Below the pieces are notes generated by a model. The model did no database searches, had not been told where the DNA came from, and saw only the letters and a list, made by a program, of their open reading frames with translations. From NCBI RefSeq assembly GCF_000146505.1, contig NC_017448.1, forward strand, positions 3,750,001 through 3,782,000: a stretch of 32,000 nt of DNA. The letters are read 5' to 3'. Both the position numbers and the translations under genes were made by a program. Within the stretch, counting starts at the first letter, position 1. Every line of letters begins with the position of its first letter. Origin of the DNA: Fibrobacter succinogenes subsp. succinogenes S85 (lineage in GTDB: Bacteria > Fibrobacterota > Fibrobacteria > Fibrobacterales > Fibrobacteraceae). Below, piece after piece: positions 8,927 to 18,088 of the stretch.

Positions 8927-9937
8927 TTATTTTTCCAAGGCTTTTTTCAACCAGTTCAACGAAAATTCTCGCATTTCATCTATTTTGCTGGATTCGTATA
9001 ATTTGAGTAACGAATCAAATCGTGCGGGACCTCGGGTTTTATTATATAAGCACTTGAAATCCTTGCCGAATATGATAGAGAACACCGTTCCATGAAAGGA
9101 ATCCGTGACTACATAAGATGAGTCACGGAATATGGCTAACCATTCGGGGACAGTCAAAGTCGATTTAGAATCTGCATGAAATTTTTTTATGACCAACCCG
9201 CGAGCCGCCGCCTCTTTTTCGTATGTAGCAGTAGTCTCTTCATTTTCGTTTAGAACATATGCTGCAAGATATTTTTCGTTACAAATTGGGATTTCTTCGC
9301 AAATTGGCAAGTAATCTTCTTTTGTTAGCAATAGCGTCGGATCTAAAACCCATGTTGCACCAACTCCAAGATGTTCCTTGCAAAGTTTTATACCAGATTC
9401 TTCACGCACACTGATAGCATCGAATTTTTTTACTAGTTTGGAACATTCTTGAGTTTGCTTTGATGAATATTCCCAATAATCAACACCAAAAGAAGCCGCA
9501 TATGCAATTCGTTTTACAAACATTCCTTTACAAAATTTTAGGTATATATCAGTAAGCCTATAATTGTATTTAGGCCGCCATACCTGATCAGAACCAACAA
9601 TAAGTGCGTCGAGTCTATTTAATACAATCAATTTTGACTGATATTTTCTAATAATTTTTGTTTTGACAATGTTTTTCTTAACAAAATCATCAAATATTTT
9701 TTTTCTATAAACATCTTCAGTATTCCACTTATAAAAAGAACGTTTTTGAGAGGAAAATGACAACAAACACGTTTTTATACAAGATAATATATATCTAAAA
9801 AAAGGTTGTTTTCCTGGTAAATAATCAAATGTGATTGAGTCAATATTGAATTGTTTCAAAACTTTTTGCAAAGCATAATTTTGGAGAATTCCGCCATAAT
9901 TGTGATCCAAAGGTTGTGTAATTATTCCAACTTTCAT
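8927..9937 (-). CDS. Polysaccharide pyruvyl transferase family protein
   Basis: The 336-aa ORF has the N-terminus MKVGIITQPLDHNYGGILQNYALQKVL, characteristic of the WcaK/CsaB-like pyruvyl transferase family. It also has IVGSDQVWRP and VVTDSFHGTVFSIIF motifs. Confidence 0.75.
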   Translation of the reverse strand: MKVGIITQPLDHNYGGILQNYALQKVLKQFNIDSITFDYLPGKQPFFRYILSCIKTCLLSFSSQKRSFYKWNTEDVYRKKIFDDFVKKNIVKTKIIRKYQSKLIVLNRLDALIVGSDQVWRPKYNYRLTDIYLKFCKGMFVKRIAYAASFGVDYWEYSSKQTQECSKLVKKFDAISVREESGIKLCKEHLGVGATWVLDPTLLLTKEDYLPICEEIPICNEKYLAAYVLNENEETTATYEKEAAARGLVIKKFHADSKSTLTVPEWLAIFRDSSYVVTDSFHGTVFSIIFGKDFKCLYNKTRGPARFDSLLKLYESSKIDEMREFSLNWLKKALEK

Positions 9938-9943
9938 GATGTA

Positions 9944-10759
9944 TTATACCTTTTGATATATTTTATCCCATTGTTTTTGAATAATTTCTTTTTTGAAACG
10001 ATTCACATTTCTTAATCCACACTCAACCAATTCTAAACACAATAATCTATCCCTTTTCAATTCAAGAAACGCATTTTTTATAGCAACAACATCATAAGGA
10101 TTTACAAACAAAGCTGAATTTCGAGCCACTTCCCGCAATACAGGAATGTCTGAACATATAACAGGCCGACCAATAGCATTCGCTTCTATCACAGGCATTC
10201 CAAAGCCCTCATATAGAGAAACAAATGATACAATATCACTTTTTTTGTATTCTTCTACAATTTCGTTATCTGAGAGATTTATTTTATTTTCGTAATCAAA
10301 GCCATTCAGGTCTAAAAACTTTTTTTGTTCTTCATTTAATTTTCCAACAACAACAATAAAAAAAGACTGATTCTTCAAAGCATCAAATACTCTCAACAGA
10401 TTTTTATTTGGATTTGTACCAATAATTAAAATGCGAGGTTTATCCAAATTCAATTCTTTTGGAGAATATTTAAATTTTAAGTCAATTGCATTATGAACAA
10501 CCTCTATATCTGATCTGTTTGTGTAGCGTAAAACTGATTTTTTTGTTTCTTCCGAAATGCATACAATTCGGGTTGCAAACTTTAGAGGAAGACGAAACCA
10601 TAGCCATTCAAAAATTTTCTTTTTAAAAAACGGATGATTTTGAAAATCAATTAAAACTGTATCATGTATCGTTAAAACGCTATTGCAACCAATCAAGCCC
10701 AAAATACAATAATGAATATCTCCTGTTATATGGTTTACAGCACGTCTATCACGATGCAT
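9944..10759 (-). CDS. Glycosyltransferase family 4 (GT-B). As called it is N-terminally truncated, and the real gene probably starts at 10932 with a frameshift in a T9 run.
   Basis: The ORF contains INHITGDIHYCILGL...VLTIHD and the EX7E region YEGFGMPVIEANAIGRPVICSD. The frame stays open upstream of the called ATG for 50 more codons, up to an in-frame stop at 10910-10912. Those codons read FFFHRNIKCGFSINKVTQTVIQDI..., contain no start codon and look like genuine GT4 N-terminus. Confidence 0.75.
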   Translation of the reverse strand: MHRDRRAVNHITGDIHYCILGLIGCNSVLTIHDTVLIDFQNHPFFKKKIFEWLWFRLPLKFATRIVCISEETKKSVLRYTNRSDIEVVHNAIDLKFKYSPKELNLDKPRILIIGTNPNKNLLRVFDALKNQSFFIVVVGKLNEEQKKFLDLNGFDYENKINLSDNEIVEEYKKSDIVSFVSLYEGFGMPVIEANAIGRPVICSDIPVLREVARNSALFVNPYDVVAIKNAFLELKRDRLLCLELVECGLRNVNRFKKEIIQKQWDKIYQKV

Positions 10760-10900
10760 AAAAACAAATACAATATTTATTAGAATAGAAAAAAGATTTG
10801 CTCCAAAACGAGGAACAAAATACTCTTTTTTACAAGTGATATCTTGAATGACAGTTTGAGTAACTTTGTTAATACTAAAACCACATTTAATATTTCTATG

Positions 10901-10909
10901 AAAAAAAAA
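10901..10909 (-). repeat. T9 homopolymer (A9 on the plus strand) in the 5' end of the GT4 gene
   Basis: Read directly from the sequence. An ATG at 10932-10930 overlaps the 3' end of the upstream polymerase gene by 14 nt and reads MVYFEKNSFFF into the run. One extra T (or two fewer) would join it to ...HRNIKCGFSINKV... and give an intact ORF of about 329 aa. Confidence 0.9.
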
Positions 10910-10918
10910 CTATTTTTT

Positions 10919-11998
10919 TCAAAATAAACCATTTGGAAAAAGGACACTTTTATAAGGATTGAAAATGTCATATCCTAAATTCAATGCATAAGTATTAATA
11001 TCTTTTTGCATTATATATAGATATAATAAAAAAAAGACAAACCAACAAAGCATTTCGTGAATTCGATCACGAGATAAATATTTTACAATATATGGAATAA
11101 TAATGATTTGTGAACAGGAATAATAAAGAGCTCCTCGGCCTGCCAAAATATTCAAAGCAGATGTTTGAAAAAGAACATACATAAATACAGAAACTAAATA
11201 CAGTTTAAAGAACAAATGAAACCACTTTTCATACAAAGGAATTTCAATAGAGAAACAAACCGCAATAATAAAAAAACGAAATAGACATCCGTTTATCATC
11301 GAATAAGTATGCGTATTTTTCATATAAAGCTGCAATCGGAAAGCACTTCCTGCATCAAGATAATTAGAAATATAATCTAATGGTAAAACATTTAGAACAC
11401 CTATAAAACCTATTACAGTAGCCGCCAAAAGAATACATATCGTTTTTTTCTTCTCTAATTTTAGATTCCATAAAAAATATGCAGGTAAAAACAACAAAGC
11501 TGTTTTATGAAAAAATGAAGCAAAACAAATCAACAAGAAAAAAGTTGAAAATTTTCCTTCTGCAATAAAATATATTGAGAAAAATACTACAGACAACGCT
11601 AAAAATTGTCGATTCATCCCAAGTAAAGGAATAAAAATGGCATAGGCAATACACAAAGAAATGAGGGGATTTATAGAAAATCTTTTTATCAGACAAGCTA
11701 AAGCAATATACTTAATCAACGCAATAACTAACAAAAAGAAAGAATAATCATTTCTAATTGTTTTTACAACAGTCGAAAATAGAACATACCCGAATTCAAC
11801 CATTCCTGAAAGATTATATTCAAACATACGATAGTATGGAAGCCAATCCGTTCCAATTTGCCAACGAAAGCCTTCTTGACAAACGAGAAATATCAATAGA
11901 ATAGCAAAGGTAATCTTAACTGCAATAGATTTTTTGTTGCAATCAAAAAGTAAAAGAGAAAAAAAGAATATTATAAAAAAAGTTGCTATATACATCAC
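10919..11998 (-). CDS. wzy: EpsG-family membrane protein, the likely Wzy-type repeat-unit polymerase
   Basis: The 359-aa protein is very hydrophobic with about 10 predicted membrane spans. It has the EpsG-like motif QEGFRWQIGTDWLPYYRMFE near the N-terminus. It lies in the low-GC core, and its start overlaps the upstream gene by 4 nt. Confidence 0.6.
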   Translation of the reverse strand: MMYIATFFIIFFFSLLLFDCNKKSIAVKITFAILLIFLVCQEGFRWQIGTDWLPYYRMFEYNLSGMVEFGYVLFSTVVKTIRNDYSFFLLVIALIKYIALACLIKRFSINPLISLCIAYAIFIPLLGMNRQFLALSVVFFSIYFIAEGKFSTFFLLICFASFFHKTALLFLPAYFLWNLKLEKKKTICILLAATVIGFIGVLNVLPLDYISNYLDAGSAFRLQLYMKNTHTYSMINGCLFRFFIIAVCFSIEIPLYEKWFHLFFKLYLVSVFMYVLFQTSALNILAGRGALYYSCSQIIIIPYIVKYLSRDRIHEMLCWFVFFLLYLYIMQKDINTYALNLGYDIFNPYKSVLFPNGLF

Positions 11999-13011
11999 TT
12001 GAAAGAATTCTCCATTATATAAACAATCAAATTGTCATAAGAGTATTTTTCTTGAAAGTGATTATATACCTTAGTTACAATATCATATCGTTGTTCAGGG
12101 TGATTTAAGTAATAGCTTATTTTTTCTATAGCTTCATTTACATTTTTGAAAGAAACTAATTCAGGGTCTATAGGCAACAACTCTTTTAAAACCGGACGAT
12201 AATCGCAAAGCTGAAAAGCCCCTGATCCATTTGCTTCAAAAAAACGACAATTAACACCTTCTATCTCAGCATAGTGAAGGTTATTAAATACAATTTTCGA
12301 TCCGTATAACAATTTTGACTTTTCTGGACCAGTAATATATTTATGCTGATTTGCCACATCTACTTCATGGTTATAAAAACGATGAGGAACGACACCGAAA
12401 ATTTTTACATTAATATCATTATCCAACAGACATTTAATCATTCGTGTTCGATACGGATAAAATGTACCGTATGTCATCACATCAATATCAACCTCTTTTT
12501 CACAAGCCTCTTTTGAAATAGTCGGTTTTACATGAGAGCGCTTATTGAAAGCCTCATTATACCTAAATACATTTAAATGCATATTTGCAGACATAAAACG
12601 CTGCATATACGGATCTTTAACAAACCAAGCGTCATAATCAGATGCGAAGACCTGTTGATATTCCAATGTTGTTATTTGATCAGGATTAATATGTACAACT
12701 TTTCGCCCTTTCTTTTTCACCAAATTGACAAAAACAGGATGGATGAATCTATAAACACAAAGAATTAGATCTGGATTATAATCATTTACACGATTAGCTA
12801 ATCTTTTAAAAACATTTCGATCATAATAGTCGTTGTAAGCACGAGCCAATTTGTCTAAAGTTTTGGTATAGAATCCAAGATGCCCCTTCCAATAAAAGGA
12901 TCCTCCATAAATATCAAATATATCGCAGTCGTGACCACAATAAACAAAGGCTTCCTTTAAATTGGATTCAAAAGAATCTACGCCTTGAGCTCCGACAATT
13001 GCAATTTTCAT
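11995..13011 (-). CDS. CgeB-family / Glyco_trans_1_2-type glycosyltransferase-like protein
   Basis: In the 338-aa ORF, the C-terminal VNCRFFEANGSGAFQLCDYRPVLKELLP...FKNVNEAIEKISYYLNHPEQRYDI matches the CgeB/DUF3880-associated GT1_2 pattern (R.FEa.a.G...l.d...). Confidence 0.55.
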   Translation of the reverse strand: MKIAIVGAQGVDSFESNLKEAFVYCGHDCDIFDIYGGSFYWKGHLGFYTKTLDKLARAYNDYYDRNVFKRLANRVNDYNPDLILCVYRFIHPVFVNLVKKKGRKVVHINPDQITTLEYQQVFASDYDAWFVKDPYMQRFMSANMHLNVFRYNEAFNKRSHVKPTISKEACEKEVDIDVMTYGTFYPYRTRMIKCLLDNDINVKIFGVVPHRFYNHEVDVANQHKYITGPEKSKLLYGSKIVFNNLHYAEIEGVNCRFFEANGSGAFQLCDYRPVLKELLPIDPELVSFKNVNEAIEKISYYLNHPEQRYDIVTKVYNHFQEKYSYDNLIVYIMENSFK

Positions 13012-13015
13012 ATGA

Positions 13016-13972
13016 TCATCCTCTCAAACAGATTTTAAATAAGAAAATCATTACGAAAAATTGTATAAATTTAGGGAATAAAATATAAGACATCAAAATT
13101 TTTGATTTTAAAGACATATTAAGCCAATAACAAAGAATCTTTTTTCCTGAAGCTTTCTGAGATTCATTACTTATTTTTTTTACTAAGGGCATGTCTTTTT
13201 TATAGAGAATTGTCATCAAAGCGTGACATTTTCTCTTATAATAGAAGTAAAAAGTCCCATTTTTCATTGAATAAACCATATTATTGCTCCACATATAATC
13301 TTCAATATACTTTCCATATTTTCTTTCATCGGGATGCAATAATGAATTTGGTGTAGTTCTATAATAATAAAGTAATTCAGGAATGTTTCTAATACAATTT
13401 GCTTTATCTAAGCAGCTTAATACAAATATCGTATCTTCTCCCATAGATCGATTTTCATAAAATTTTACGTCATTATCTTTTATCAAAGATGTTTTTATAA
13501 GATGAGCCCACGGAGAGGTTACAATCCAATCATTATTAACAACATCGGCAATATCTTTTTGGTAAAAAAATCCACTAGGATTAACATTTGAGTTCGTTTT
13601 TTCGCCAAATTCATTTGTAACAAAAAAACCACATGAAATAAGATCGCAGCTATATGCTGATTTGTATAAGTTTTCAAGATATTTTGCATCTACATAATCA
13701 TCAGAATCAACAAAAGCAATCCATTCTCCAACAGATTTTTCGATACCAAGATTTCGAGCTGAAGACACGCCTCCGTTTTGTTTATGAAATACTTTAATCC
13801 TTGAATCTTTTGAAGCATAAAAATCACAAATTGAGGCGGACTTATCTGTACTACCATCATCAACAAGAATAAGTTCAAAATCAGAAAAAGACTGATTCAA
13901 CAAAGATTCAATACATTCTTTAATGTATTTTTCAACGTTGTATACAGGAACAATGACACTAATTTTCGGCAT
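13016..13972 (-). CDS. Glycosyltransferase family 2
   Basis: The 318-aa ORF has the classic GT2 N-terminus MPKISVIVPVYNVEKYIKECIESLLNQSFSDFELILVDDGSTDKS and a DSDD motif (AFVDSDDY). Confidence 0.85.
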   Translation of the reverse strand: MPKISVIVPVYNVEKYIKECIESLLNQSFSDFELILVDDGSTDKSASICDFYASKDSRIKVFHKQNGGVSSARNLGIEKSVGEWIAFVDSDDYVDAKYLENLYKSAYSCDLISCGFFVTNEFGEKTNSNVNPSGFFYQKDIADVVNNDWIVTSPWAHLIKTSLIKDNDVKFYENRSMGEDTIFVLSCLDKANCIRNIPELLYYYRTTPNSLLHPDERKYGKYIEDYMWSNNMVYSMKNGTFYFYYKRKCHALMTILYKKDMPLVKKISNESQKASGKKILCYWLNMSLKSKILMSYILFPKFIQFFVMIFLFKICLRG

Positions 13973-14036
13973 TACACATCCTTACCTAAGAGCTCTTTCA
14001 TTCAATTTCACATATTTCGTACAACGTTTACTTTTT

Positions 14037-15038
14037 TTACTCAATTTGTTTCATTTTTTTTAACAAATGCTCGGAATCATTATAATTGAAAAACAGCGCA
14101 TTTTTATAATTACCTACGCTACATCTAGCATATTCTAAATCGGCAGCGATAATAGGAGCATTGAAATATTGAGCTTCTATCAATGGTAAACCGACCGTTT
14201 CTACATATGATGGGAAAAGTAAATATGAGGACTTATAATACTCTTTCATATTGGAAAAATCAAGAGTCCCAACAAGTTGTATTGGTAATTTGTATTCTTC
14301 AATTTCCTTTTTTATAAGTCTTGATAATTTATTTTCATTTCCAAATATGGTGAAAACAACCTCTATTTTAGCCTTTTCTTCTGAAGAAAGAGCTTTAACT
14401 GCGTCTATGATAACTTTATGATTTTTAAAAGCAAACGCTGTAGCCGGATAGAAAAATCTGGTTTTATCAGTTTTTATTCTTTCAATTTCATGTGTTAAGT
14501 TTATTTTTATAGGCAAAACATGAACGATATTAGGATTTATATGTTGCATGCGGATAATAGCATTTTTCATCCATTCGTTTTGAACAATAATGCCATCAGC
14601 CTTTTTTAATGATTTTTTCGTTATAAGTCCAATAATATTTTGATAGAACCATAAAAAAGGGTCGTGAATCAGTTTAAATCTGTGTTCACAGAATGGTATT
14701 GCGTTATGAACGTATACAGACTGTTTGACTTTTATTCCGTTTATACAATGGTTTTGCAAGGATAAAATTTCGTCTATCCTATATTTTTTTATAACTCTCT
14801 TAATGAAGAAAATATCCATAAAAAGTCTATGAAACCAAGTTTTTTTCACCCATGGATATTTTAGGATTTTAATATTTTCCGTTTCTTCAAAATTTACGAT
14901 GCTGACAACAATAAAATACTTGTTGTTTAAGTCGTTTTTTGCTTTTTGATAAAACTCATTTAAAACGCTCAACGCGCCACCAGATTCTGCTGCAACATCG
15001 TAAATTAAAATATTACTCATTTTTTTTATTTTTTCCAA
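14037..15038 (-). CDS. Glycosyltransferase family 4/1 (GT-B)
   Basis: The 333-aa ORF has the C-terminal EX7E-type motif FPSYVETVGLPLIEAQYFNAPIIAADL. The true start may be the internal MSNILIYD at about 15020, because the first codons lie in an A-rich run that overlaps the upstream gene. Confidence 0.65.
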   Translation of the reverse strand: MEKIKKMSNILIYDVAAESGGALSVLNEFYQKAKNDLNNKYFIVVSIVNFEETENIKILKYPWVKKTWFHRLFMDIFFIKRVIKKYRIDEILSLQNHCINGIKVKQSVYVHNAIPFCEHRFKLIHDPFLWFYQNIIGLITKKSLKKADGIIVQNEWMKNAIIRMQHINPNIVHVLPIKINLTHEIERIKTDKTRFFYPATAFAFKNHKVIIDAVKALSSEEKAKIEVVFTIFGNENKLSRLIKKEIEEYKLPIQLVGTLDFSNMKEYYKSSYLLFPSYVETVGLPLIEAQYFNAPIIAADLEYARCSVGNYKNALFFNYNDSEHLLKKMKQIE

Positions 15039-16156
15039 ACCATCTTATTGATTATTCCTACATAACTCTGAATAATCTTAATCACTTTCGTACTTACATT
15101 TGTGTCAGTATAAGCAGGAACATCAACAGAGCAATCTCCATTGGCGTGCATAGAAACAGCTAAGTCAACAGCTTGAAGAACCTGTTCCGTTGTTATACTT
15201 CCTATTGTAAAGACGCCTTTATCCACAGCTTCAGGGCGTTCCGTACTCGTCCTTATTGAAACTGCCGGAAATTTGAAGAAGGCTCCTTCTTCAGGAATTG
15301 TTCCGCTATCCGACACAACGCAAAAGGCATTTTGCTGCAACTTGTTATAGTCAAAAAATCCCAATGGTTTGTGTTGAATAACTCGATTGTCAAATTTGAA
15401 GTTTCTTGCATCAATGTATTTTTTACTTCTTGGATGGCAAGAATAAAGAATTGGCAAGTCGTAAGTTTCTGCCATTGCATTCACTGCATTCATCAAGCTA
15501 AAGAAATTTTGTTCGATGTCGATGTTTTCTTCACGATGCGCTGATAACAAAATATATTTTCCTGCTTTTAAACCTAACTTTTCAAGAATTGAGCTATTCT
15601 CTATTCTATCACGACACTTGCTAAGTACTTCAGCCATCGGAGAACCAACTACATATGTATACTCCGATTTTACACCACTATCAAGAATATAGCGTCGAGC
15701 ATGTTCAGAATAACATAGGTTTATATCGCTTGTTACATCAACGATTCTTCTAATAACTTCTTCCGGGAGGTTTTCGTCTTTACAACGATTGCCTGCTTCC
15801 ATATGAAATACCGGTATTTTTAAACGCTTTGCGGAAATCACGCAAAGGCAAGAATTTGTATCACCTAATACAATCAAAGCATCTGGTTTTACCTCTTGCA
15901 TCAGCTCATAGGACTTCGAAATTACATTGCCCATGGTTTGGCCGAGGTTTTCTCCAACAACTCCCAAATAATAATCAGGCTCGCGTAAACCTAAATCTTC
16001 AAAGAAAACCTTATTCAATTCATAATCATAATTCTGTCCGGTATGTACAAGAATTTGATCAAAATATTTATCTGCTTTTTTGATTATTTCGGACACTTTG
16101 ATGATTTCTGGGCGGGTTCCCACAATAGTCATCAATCGAAGTTTTTTTACACTCAT
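15026..16156 (-). CDS. Non-hydrolysing UDP-N-acetylglucosamine 2-epimerase family (FnlC/WbvD/CapG type), copy 1
   Basis: The 376-aa ORF has LMTIVGTRPEIIKVSEIIKK, HTGQNYDYELNKVFFEDL, VLGDTNS and HMEAGNRC. It is clearly paralogous to the ORF at 30396-31580. Confidence 0.85.
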   Translation of the reverse strand: MSVKKLRLMTIVGTRPEIIKVSEIIKKADKYFDQILVHTGQNYDYELNKVFFEDLGLREPDYYLGVVGENLGQTMGNVISKSYELMQEVKPDALIVLGDTNSCLCVISAKRLKIPVFHMEAGNRCKDENLPEEVIRRIVDVTSDINLCYSEHARRYILDSGVKSEYTYVVGSPMAEVLSKCRDRIENSSILEKLGLKAGKYILLSAHREENIDIEQNFFSLMNAVNAMAETYDLPILYSCHPRSKKYIDARNFKFDNRVIQHKPLGFFDYNKLQQNAFCVVSDSGTIPEEGAFFKFPAVSIRTSTERPEAVDKGVFTIGSITTEQVLQAVDLAVSMHANGDCSVDVPAYTDTNVSTKVIKIIQSYVGIINKMVWKK

Positions 16157-16180
16157 GAAAAATCCTCTCTAAAACGCTTG

Positions 16181-17035
16181 TTACAAACCATAATGAGGAT
16201 ACAAAGTCTTATGTATTCTCATCCAATCAGCCAATTCTGCAATCATTTGCTCATAATCAGGAATTTTATAGCCAAAATCCCAGCGAGTTCTTTTTAACGA
16301 TTTGTCCGCAGCCATTTTGTCTACAGGATTTATTTTAATCTTTTCAACTCTGATATACCTGTTGAATAAGCCTAGAAGATCGCATTTGGATATGCTAGTA
16401 TCAGGAACCATATTGTATAGCCCATGAGCTTTTTCTTTTGCAGCGAATTCCATTGTTTTGGCTAGTTGTAGGGTTGTTTGTCCTGTCCACATAGCTTTTG
16501 TGAACCCACACACTTCACCGTGTTGCTGCATAAACCAATTCAAAAGCCCTATTCCATTAGGGTCAATGTCAGGACCAACTATGGAATTTCGTAGCGTAAT
16601 GTTCTTTTCGTCCTCAATTTCACCAAGAGCTTTGGAACGATCGTAAAATGTGACCCCATCCCTAACGTCGTCTTCTGTATATTGACCTCGCTTGCCGCTA
16701 AATACACAATCTGTGCTCATGTGGATTACTTGGGTGTCTGAACCCTCTGTAAATTGAGCCAGTTGATGTGGTAAAAATCCATTTAAATAAGCAGCACTTG
16801 CTTTATTGTTTTCTGCAAATTGATTTAAAATGCCAATGCAGTTGATAACACTATCAAACTTGTTTACACCAATAACTTCCTTGATAAGGGTTGCATTTGT
16901 TGCATCGCCTACAACAGTATCAATGAATTTGGATTTTGATCTAGCAAATCCAAGAACATCGTGACCCCGTTCCTTCAAATAAAGGCAGATTATGTGGCCT
17001 GCCATGCCATTGCAACCGAGAATCAAGAACTTCAT
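16181..17035 (-). CDS. SDR-family RmlD-like 4-reductase (WbvR-like; inferred UDP-2-acetamido-2,6-dideoxy-L-hexos-4-ulose reductase)
   Basis: The 284-aa ORF has the Rossmann N-terminus MKFLILGCNGMAGHIICLYLKERGHDV. Its size and lack of a cupin domain distinguish it from the CapF/FnlB-type reductase at 29191-30396. It sits between the dehydratase and 2-epimerase genes. Confidence 0.55.
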   Translation of the reverse strand: MKFLILGCNGMAGHIICLYLKERGHDVLGFARSKSKFIDTVVGDATNATLIKEVIGVNKFDSVINCIGILNQFAENNKASAAYLNGFLPHQLAQFTEGSDTQVIHMSTDCVFSGKRGQYTEDDVRDGVTFYDRSKALGEIEDEKNITLRNSIVGPDIDPNGIGLLNWFMQQHGEVCGFTKAMWTGQTTLQLAKTMEFAAKEKAHGLYNMVPDTSISKCDLLGLFNRYIRVEKIKINPVDKMAADKSLKRTRWDFGYKIPDYEQMIAELADWMRIHKTLYPHYGL

Positions 17036-17047
17036 TAATTTAAATCC

Positions 17048-18088
17048 CTATTTTTGAATCTTTAACTCTTCTTGAACATAATCAGTCGTAAGGAGCTTTT
17101 TAATAATTCCTTCGACATCCAAGCGAATTGTATTATGGCTGGTGTAGGCTTCATCGGCTTGTGTTAAGACCTGTCCTTTGATAAAGAACTTGTCATAATT
17201 CAAGTCTCGATTATCTGCAGACACTCGGAAATAATTTCCCATATCTTCACTTCTTAAGCGTTCTTCAGAAGTAAGAAGCGTTTCGTAAAGTTTTTCGCCA
17301 TGACGCGTGCCGATAATTCTTGTTCCGGTATCTCCGAAAAGCTGTTGAACAGCCTTCGCCAAGTCTCCAATTGTACTTGCATCGGCTTTTTGAACAAAAA
17401 GATCTCCTGGATTGGCATGCTCAAACGCAAATTGAACCAAGTCGACAGCTTCGTCAAGGTTCATCAAAAAACGTGTCATGTCAGGATTTGTAATTGTAAT
17501 TGGGTTTCCCGCTCTAATTTGGTCAACAAACAGAGGTATTACAGACCCTCTTGAGCACATGACATTTCCATATCGAGTACAGCATATCACTGTATTTCCA
17601 CGTTCCGCAGCTACACGAGCATTCGCGGTAATGACATGTTCCATCATCGCTTTAGAAATACCCATTGCATTAATCGGGTATGCAGCTTTATCGGTACTAA
17701 GGCAAACAACTCTCTTTACGCCTGCTTCAATTGCAGCGTGAAGCATGTTATCAGTTCCTTCAACATTAGTTTTGACGGCCTGCATTGGGAAAAATTCGCA
17801 AGATGGCACTTGTTTGAGAGCAGCCGCATGAAATATATAGTCGACTCCAGGCATAGCATCTTTGATGGATCGATAATCACGAACATCGCCAATATAGAAC
17901 TTGACTTTTGCTGCGTAGTCAGGGTGTTTGGCTTGAAGCTCATGGCGCATATCATCTTGTTTTTTCTCGTCACGAGAGAAAATACGAATCTGACCAATAT
18001 CCGTTTCTAGGAAATGCTTCAAAACAGTGTTTCCAAAGCTTCCTGTTCCACCAGTAATTAACAGTGTTGCTCCATTGAAATTCGACAT
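17048..18088 (-). CDS. UDP-N-acetylglucosamine 4,6-dehydratase/5-epimerase (inverting; FnlA/CapE/WbjB/WbvB family), copy 1
   Basis: The 346-aa ORF reads LLITGGTGSFGNTVLKHFLETDIGQIRIFSRDEKKQDDMRHEL...YIGDVRD...TDKAAYPINAMGISKAMME, which is highly characteristic of the family. Confidence 0.9.
   Translation of the reverse strand: MSNFNGATLLITGGTGSFGNTVLKHFLETDIGQIRIFSRDEKKQDDMRHELQAKHPDYAAKVKFYIGDVRDYRSIKDAMPGVDYIFHAAALKQVPSCEFFPMQAVKTNVEGTDNMLHAAIEAGVKRVVCLSTDKAAYPINAMGISKAMMEHVITANARVAAERGNTVICCTRYGNVMCSRGSVIPLFVDQIRAGNPITITNPDMTRFLMNLDEAVDLVQFAFEHANPGDLFVQKADASTIGDLAKAVQQLFGDTGTRIIGTRHGEKLYETLLTSEERLRSEDMGNYFRVSADNRDLNYDKFFIKGQVLTQADEAYTSHNTIRLDVEGIIKKLLTTDYVQEELKIQK

Noticed and set aside
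10780-10971. The 63-aa ORF between the polymerase and GT4 genes.
   Set aside because: It is the out-of-frame read-through produced by the T9 frameshift. Its first part overlaps the polymerase gene in another frame, and its middle part contains the likely true GT4 start (MVYFEKNSFFF). It is not an independent gene.
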